64,000 nucleotides of DNA, from NCBI GenBank assembly GCA_963977015.1, contig CAXBMO010000007.1:160001-224000 (forward strand), given 5' to 3'. Source of the DNA: an uncultured bacterium. Its GTDB lineage: Bacteria > Verrucomicrobiota > Verrucomicrobiia > Verrucomicrobiales > DEV007. The notes under the pieces were generated by a model. The model made no database searches and had not been told where the DNA came from. It worked only from the letters and a program-made list of their open reading frames with translations. Below, piece after piece: positions 59,222-64,000 of the stretch; positions within the stretch are counted from its first letter, which is position 1, and every line of letters starts with the position of its first letter. The translations under genes and the position numbers were made by a program.

Positions 59222-62200
59222 CTAACGAACCTCCAGCAGCACCGGTTGGGTTTCCCCACGAACTTCGGGCTCATAGTATTGATACGCGACGCTGGCTGGG
59301 GCCTGCACCTTGACCGGGAACTTTGCCCGCAACTGATAGCGGAACTGCAATGGCTTTCCATCTCCCGGAATCGCATTAAAATAGAGTGTGACTTGGCGTC
59401 CCTTTGGCTCGAATCGTTGGATGGTGCCCTTCTTCAACAACGCCTGAAAGGAGGCTGCCTCGATTTCAAAACCTGGTGGGATTCCGAGGTCAACCAGCGT
59501 CATGGGTGCAAAACCCGGGCGGTTGTAACGCAGGGTCACGTCAACGTTGAGAAGATCGCGGCTCGCCAATTCCGTCGTTTCGTAATCGGTTTCGATCTCC
59601 AGGATTTGCTCGGTTTCGCCTTCCTCGTCCGCATGAGGTTCGTAGTGCACCGCAACCAGCTGGTAGGCAAGGTTCGCCTCGCGATTGATGTTGAGAACGA
59701 CTTCGTTGTCCCCGGCTTTCACGAACTCGGTCAGACTGACCAGGTGGAAAACATCTGCGTTTTCCTTCGTAATTTCGAGCGGATTGGTCACGTCTCCATT
59801 TGCCGAGATCTGAACCGTCACGGCGCCTTTGATCTTACCTGCTGAGCCGGCCCCCATCAGCAAGGCGCGCATCGCCTGGACCGTCGCCTGAGTTGAATGC
59901 CAGGTTCCGCCGCTGTCACGCTGGGAGATCAGCCAGGCCAGGGCTTTGTGCGCCGTTGAAATAGAAGCATTCGCGCGCATCATCGCCTGGGCAATCAAGG
60001 CCGTGGTTTCAATGTCGAAAGAGCCACCCCGGCCATAGGTCAATCCCTCCCCTTCCGCTTTCCAAAACACAACGCCGTCCTGCTCCTGCTTCATCGAATC
60101 CAACTGGCGAATCACCTCACGCGCCTCCGCATCTCTTCCCGCCGTGACAAACGCGTTTGCGACCAACGCCAACGTGTAGGCGTCATTGACGCCGTCACTC
60201 TTCGCGGCCAGAAAGTCAAAGCTTGCATCCAGTTCCTTCCCGCCACCAGCTTCGGCAACGGCCCAGGCGATGTAAGCGGTGGAACGCAACGCCGCGTCTT
60301 CACGCGAGTTCTTGAAATTGTTGATCGCACCTTCAGCGATTCCACCCGTGGGAGGATCCCAGCTTCCATTATTCTGGCGCTGTTGCATGAGCCAGCTCCG
60401 CGTGCGCTCGATCACAGCTTGGTCGACTTCATAGACTTTGGCCATGTCCACGAACTCCATCAGGCCATACGCGGTCAGGATCGTGTGGGCCGGAGGATTT
60501 CCAAACCAATCAAATCCTCCTCCATTCACTTCGTAGGACAACAGTCGCTGATATCCCTGGGCAATAAAGTCCAAGGCCTTCATCTCCAATTCCGGCTTAG
60601 CCTGTTTCGTATCGCGAAGATAGTTCAACACCAGCACATTCGGATAGGTGGTCGATGAGGTTTGCTCGAAACAACCGTAGGGCATTCGGAAGATGGAGTC
60701 CATGCCCTCCACGACCTGGCTAAACGCTCCGGGATAGATCTTCACAAAGAGGTCACTGCCACCGGAAATCGCATTTGCCGGGATCTGGATGCTCTCCTGC
60801 GTTTCTGTTGTGAGCCTCCCATTCTTTACAAGCTCCATTCTCTCACCATTCGGAACCACCCGAACCGTGCGTTCAACGGCATCGGCCAACTTTGATCCCT
60901 GCGCAAAGACCGTGAGGGAGTGACGTCCCGCTTCCAGCGCGCGAATGCGATAGCTCGACTGCATCACTCCACCTCCCGAAGCTTCGAGTGTTTTTTCCGG
61001 GACGTCAGATACCAACTCATACCAGTCTTCGGCTTGGGCCTTGAGCTGAATCGATTGCGGCTCTGAGAGATAATTGAAAATGGCGATCGGAATCGTAATT
61101 TCGTCGCCCTGGGTCAGTTCAGTCGGGAAATCGATATCGATGAAGAAATCCTGGAATACACGAATTCCACGCTCAAACGAGCCGAGTGATCCGTCTCGCG
61201 ACACCGCACTTCCTGACAATCGCCAGGTCGTGATCGAGTCGGCGAGCGCCAACTCCAACGAAGCCTTCCCATCAGCACCGGTTAGAAGCTGCGGTTGCCA
61301 CAAGAGGGTCTCTGGGAAATGGCGGCGAATCCGGGGAGGTTCGGCTTCACTGCCATCGTGACCATTTGGACCAAGTGAGCCAGCTTCGGACCTTCCAAAA
61401 GCGGCCTCGGCCACCATCATGTCACCATCAAATCGTTCCGCCTTTTCGATGAAGACGTCCAATGCATTCTGGGTCCTCCCGCCGTCCGCAAACGCCCCCA
61501 ACTTGGAGAAGACCGCCAGAAGAATTACCGGGATCAGGGTGAAGGCGGTATTTGCCACGAGGATTCCCAGCCTTTGCGGAAGGGTTTGCCAACCGCTCAA
61601 GGACTTTCGCAGGAATCCAATCAGCCCCGCCAGCAAAAAGAGAATCACAAACGAAGCCAGGGTCAACCGCAGGAACGTCGATTCATGGATTGCAGAACGA
61701 TTCGACTCATTGGCGACGACGAACCCCGTTACCATGAGCCCGGAAAGGCCATAGACAATCGGGATCAACACGACCATCTGGCGGAACAGCGAGAGGTGCC
61801 TGCTAGAATGCTTCAGCCTGCGGAGCTCCGCAGATTTGATTCCGAGCCACACGGTTCCCGTGATCATCAACACTACCCAAATAACGAACGCCATGGGAGC
61901 GGATAGATAGCCGATCGCCCGGCCGATCAGCATCATCAGAATTGGAGGCGCCAGCGTCGCGGTCAGGATGATCCAGAAAAATTGGCGCATGCGTCGTTGA
62001 AATTCGATGAGGTGAAGTTCTTCGGACTCGCCCGGGCGGAAGCGCAAACGCGACAGTCCGTAGCCCGCAAAGACCAGCGAACAAACGATCAACAAGCCAA
62101 AAGGAAAGGTTACCAACAACCGGAACAACTCATCAGCATTCTGGCGCTTGCGTTCCTGCAGTTTATTGCGGCGCTCTGCCTGGGAACTGCTCTCCGCAGA

Positions 62201-64000
62201 GATCGGTCCGCCGGGATCGGCAGCCGCGGCGAAGGCAATGACATTCGCTTCTTCGAGCTCAGGCGTCGGCGCCCCGGGATCCGGTATTGCCGTGAAGTCT
62301 GACGGAGGTTGAGCGACAAACTGCGCTCTCGGTTTGAGGATTTCTTCCTGGATCAGGAAATACATTTCTTCCAGTCCGGGGCGAGAGTCGTTCAGTGCAA
62401 AAACGGCCTCATCAACTGCGGCAAGACTCAGGGCGGCCTCGACAGGTGATCCGTCCTTCGACGTGACCAGGAACTCGATCATTGCCTTCTCCGCGGGTCG
62501 ATACGTTTCGGCGTCGAGCTTGGCCTGAACCTGGAGTTGGTCCGCGCGATGCACCTGGATCAGCTTGGAATCCCGGGCGATGTCTCCGTTATCCAGAATT
62601 GCGTAGGCCTGCAGTTGAAGCGTCCCGGCAAGGTCGAGCGGGATATCGTAGGCATATTCTCCCATTCCGCGTTTCAACTCGATCGAGGACGTCGCCAAGG
62701 ATCGACCATTTTTCACAACATCGAGGAACACACGTTTCGCTTTTGACGCAGAAAGCACCTTCAAGTTGGCAGTCTGCCCCTGTCGGTAAATCGCCCCATC
62801 AGTCCTAAGCAGGATCCCATCGACCTGCACGCCAACCGCAAGCTCCTTGGTCACCTTCACCTCGGCACCCCGATCCGAGCGGGCTGAAAGCGACAGCTTC
62901 AAGTTCGGTTTGTCAGGAGTCAGCTTCACCTTGCCAATTCCCAACTCATTGGTTTCCACGCGAGACCCTCCTCCGGTGTAGATAACTGCTTTGGCAGGCG
63001 TCCCGTCCGGATAGGCCGCCACGATGTAGAGCGTATTCTCCACGTTTTGAACCAGTTCACCGCTTTCCGGGAAGACCTCGACGCGCAACGGCTGATTCGT
63101 CACCTTGACCTGAAGAGGATGTCTGCGGGTCTCACCGGTTGCATCGGTCACTTCGGCCGTGAACCGAACAAACGCGTCTCCCTGATTCAAGGACTGTCCA
63201 ACGAAGGCATCTTTGAGAGCAATCTCCGTTTCGAATGATCCCTGATCATTCGTCGTTCCTGTGACGGTTTGGAAGGTTCGAAACCGCTCGATAAACTCGT
63301 CTGAAACGATGCGGATCTTGCCTCCCGCAACCGGCTTTCCAAAGGTGTAGTCGGCATTCAACTCAAGCCGGACCTTGTCGCCCGGGGCATAGTAGCCGCG
63401 ATCCGCCCGAAGACTGACCTTGAACTTGGGAAGCACATAGCGCTCGACCTTCACCTCGCGCTCAGAGGTCGTGTCATCAATCGTGACCGCGATCGTATAG
63501 CTTCCTTCGTTGACCTGGTTCGCCAACTTGAAGTCCGCTGACGCGATGCCAAATTCGCTCGTGGCGATGAGCTTGCGGAACACCTTGTTCCCCTTTGCGT
63601 CCCTGACTTCAAAAGCCACCTCACGCGATGAGGCAGGTTTCAGGGAATCGGCCTCCATCGAAAGCGCCCGCATGTGAATGATCTGGCCGGGCTGATAGAG
63701 CGGCTTGTCCGTGCTTAGCATGGTTCGAAAGGATCGCCGAACCGTGATTGACTCCTCGGTGTTCGCCTTGCCGGATTTCCCGCGAACCTCGGCCACCAAC
63801 TTATAAGCCCCTTCCTCGACCGTATTTCTGACTTCGGCGGAGAGATCCGCAATCCCGTTCTCATCGGTTCGCGCAGAGCCGAGACGCCGCGATGATCCAT
63901 CATCCCCAATCATCATCACTCGGACCTTGGCATTCTCAACCGGCCGACGAGTTTCCTCACTTCGCACGAAAACTCGCACCGGCGTGATTTGCCCGGGTTC
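59222..64000 (-). CDS. Alpha-2-macroglobulin family thioester protein with a polytopic membrane insert; N-terminus beyond the window
   Basis: STDKPLYQPGQ, YVLPKF, AAVDEAVFAL, PRIRRHFPETLLW.P, ADSITTW, FFIDI.FP..LTQGD, thioester MPYGCFEQT, GGF.WFG, GTW.STQAT, YYEPE; frame stays open to 64000. Confidence 0.93.
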   Translation of the reverse strand, partial: EPGQITPVRVFVRSEETRRPVENAKVRVMMIGDDGSSRRLGSARTDENGIADLSAEVRNTVEEGAYKLVAEVRGKSGKANTEESITVRRSFRTMLSTDKPLYQPGQIIHMRALSMEADSLKPASSREVAFEVRDAKGNKVFRKLIATSEFGIASADFKLANQVNEGSYTIAVTIDDTTSEREVKVERYVLPKFKVSLRADRGYYAPGDKVRLELNADYTFGKPVAGGKIRIVSDEFIERFRTFQTVTGTTNDQGSFETEIALKDAFVGQSLNQGDAFVRFTAEVTDATGETRRHPLQVKVTNQPLRVEVFPESGELVQNVENTLYIVAAYPDGTPAKAVIYTGGGSRVETNELGIGKVKLTPDKPNLKLSLSARSDRGAEVKVTKELAVGVQVDGILLRTDGAIYRQGQTANLKVLSASKAKRVFLDVVKNGRSLATSSIELKRGMGEYAYDIPLDLAGTLQLQAYAILDNGDIARDSKLIQVHRADQLQVQAKLDAETYRPAEKAMIEFLVTSKDGSPVEAALSLAAVDEAVFALNDSRPGLEEMYFLIQEEILKPRAQFVAQPPSDFTAIPDPGAPTPELEEANVIAFAAAADPGGPISAESSSQAERRNKLQERKRQNADELFRLLVTFPFGLLIVCSLVFAGYGLSRLRFRPGESEELHLIEFQRRMRQFFWIILTATLAPPILMMLIGRAIGYLSAPMAFVIWVVLMITGTVWLGIKSAELRRLKHSSRHLSLFRQMVVLIPIVYGLSGLMVTGFVVANESNRSAIHESTFLRLTLASFVILFLLAGLIGFLRKSLSGWQTLPQRLGILVANTAFTLIPVILLAVFSKLGAFADGGRTQNALDVFIEKAERFDGDMMVAEAAFGRSEAGSLGPNGHDGSEAEPPRIRRHFPETLLWQPQLLTGADGKASLELALADSITTWRLSGSAVSRDGSLGSFERGIRVFQDFFIDIDFPTELTQGDEITIPIAIFNYLSEPQSIQLKAQAEDWYELVSDVPEKTLEASGGGVMQSSYRIRALEAGRHSLTVFAQGSKLADAVERTVRVVPNGERMELVKNGRLTTETQESIQIPANAISGGSDLFVKIYPGAFSQVVEGMDSIFRMPYGCFEQTSSTTYPNVLVLNYLRDTKQAKPELEMKALDFIAQGYQRLLSYEVNGGGFDWFGNPPAHTILTAYGLMEFVDMAKVYEVDQAVIERTRSWLMQQRQNNGSWDPPTGGIAEGAINNFKNSREDAALRSTAYIAWAVAEAGGGKELDASFDFLAAKSDGVNDAYTLALVANAFVTAGRDAEAREVIRQLDSMKQEQDGVVFWKAEGEGLTYGRGGSFDIETTALIAQAMMRANASISTAHKALAWLISQRDSGGTWHSTQATVQAMRALLMGAGSAGKIKGAVTVQISANGDVTNPLEITKENADVFHLVSLTEFVKAGDNEVVLNINREANLAYQLVAVHYEPHADEEGETEQILEIETDYETTELASRDLLNVDVTLRYNRPGFAPMTLVDLGIPPGFEIEAASFQALLKKGTIQRFEPKGRQVTLYFNAIPGDGKPLQFRYQLRAKFPVKVQAPASVAYQYYEPEVRGETQPVLLEVR

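Overview
A gene-dense, moderately GC-rich bacterial chromosome segment, most likely from a PVC-superphylum organism (probably Verrucomicrobiota). That assignment is inferred from Planctomycete-type cytochrome c domains, a DUF1592/DUF1552 pair, a LEPR-XLL protein, a sulfatase and a permease-DtxR fusion. All family calls come from motif recognition by eye; no database was searched. Housekeeping genes include yceD-rpmF-plsX, aat, pntAB, nadD, ftsK, phoU, trmD, prfB (with +1 frameshift), recO and pcm. The most notable items are: (1) a thioester alpha-2-macroglobulin whose bait region carries about six transmembrane helices; (2) selB as the last gene of a PhnDCE-like ('putative selenate') ABC operon; (3) a Chlamydia YtgCR-like permease-repressor fusion with tandem palindromic operators upstream; (4) an IS200/RAYT-type tyrosine transposase bracketed by inverted three-hairpin REP-like elements, with a decayed relative 17 kb away; (5) a perfect 7-1-7 Fur-type box upstream of phoU; (6) a prfB frameshift site without the usual internal Shine-Dalgarno; (7) a PLP histidine/serine decarboxylase coupled to an ACT protein; (8) an ~810 bp AT-rich gap with no long ORF. 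I found no rRNA, tRNA or CRISPR array.
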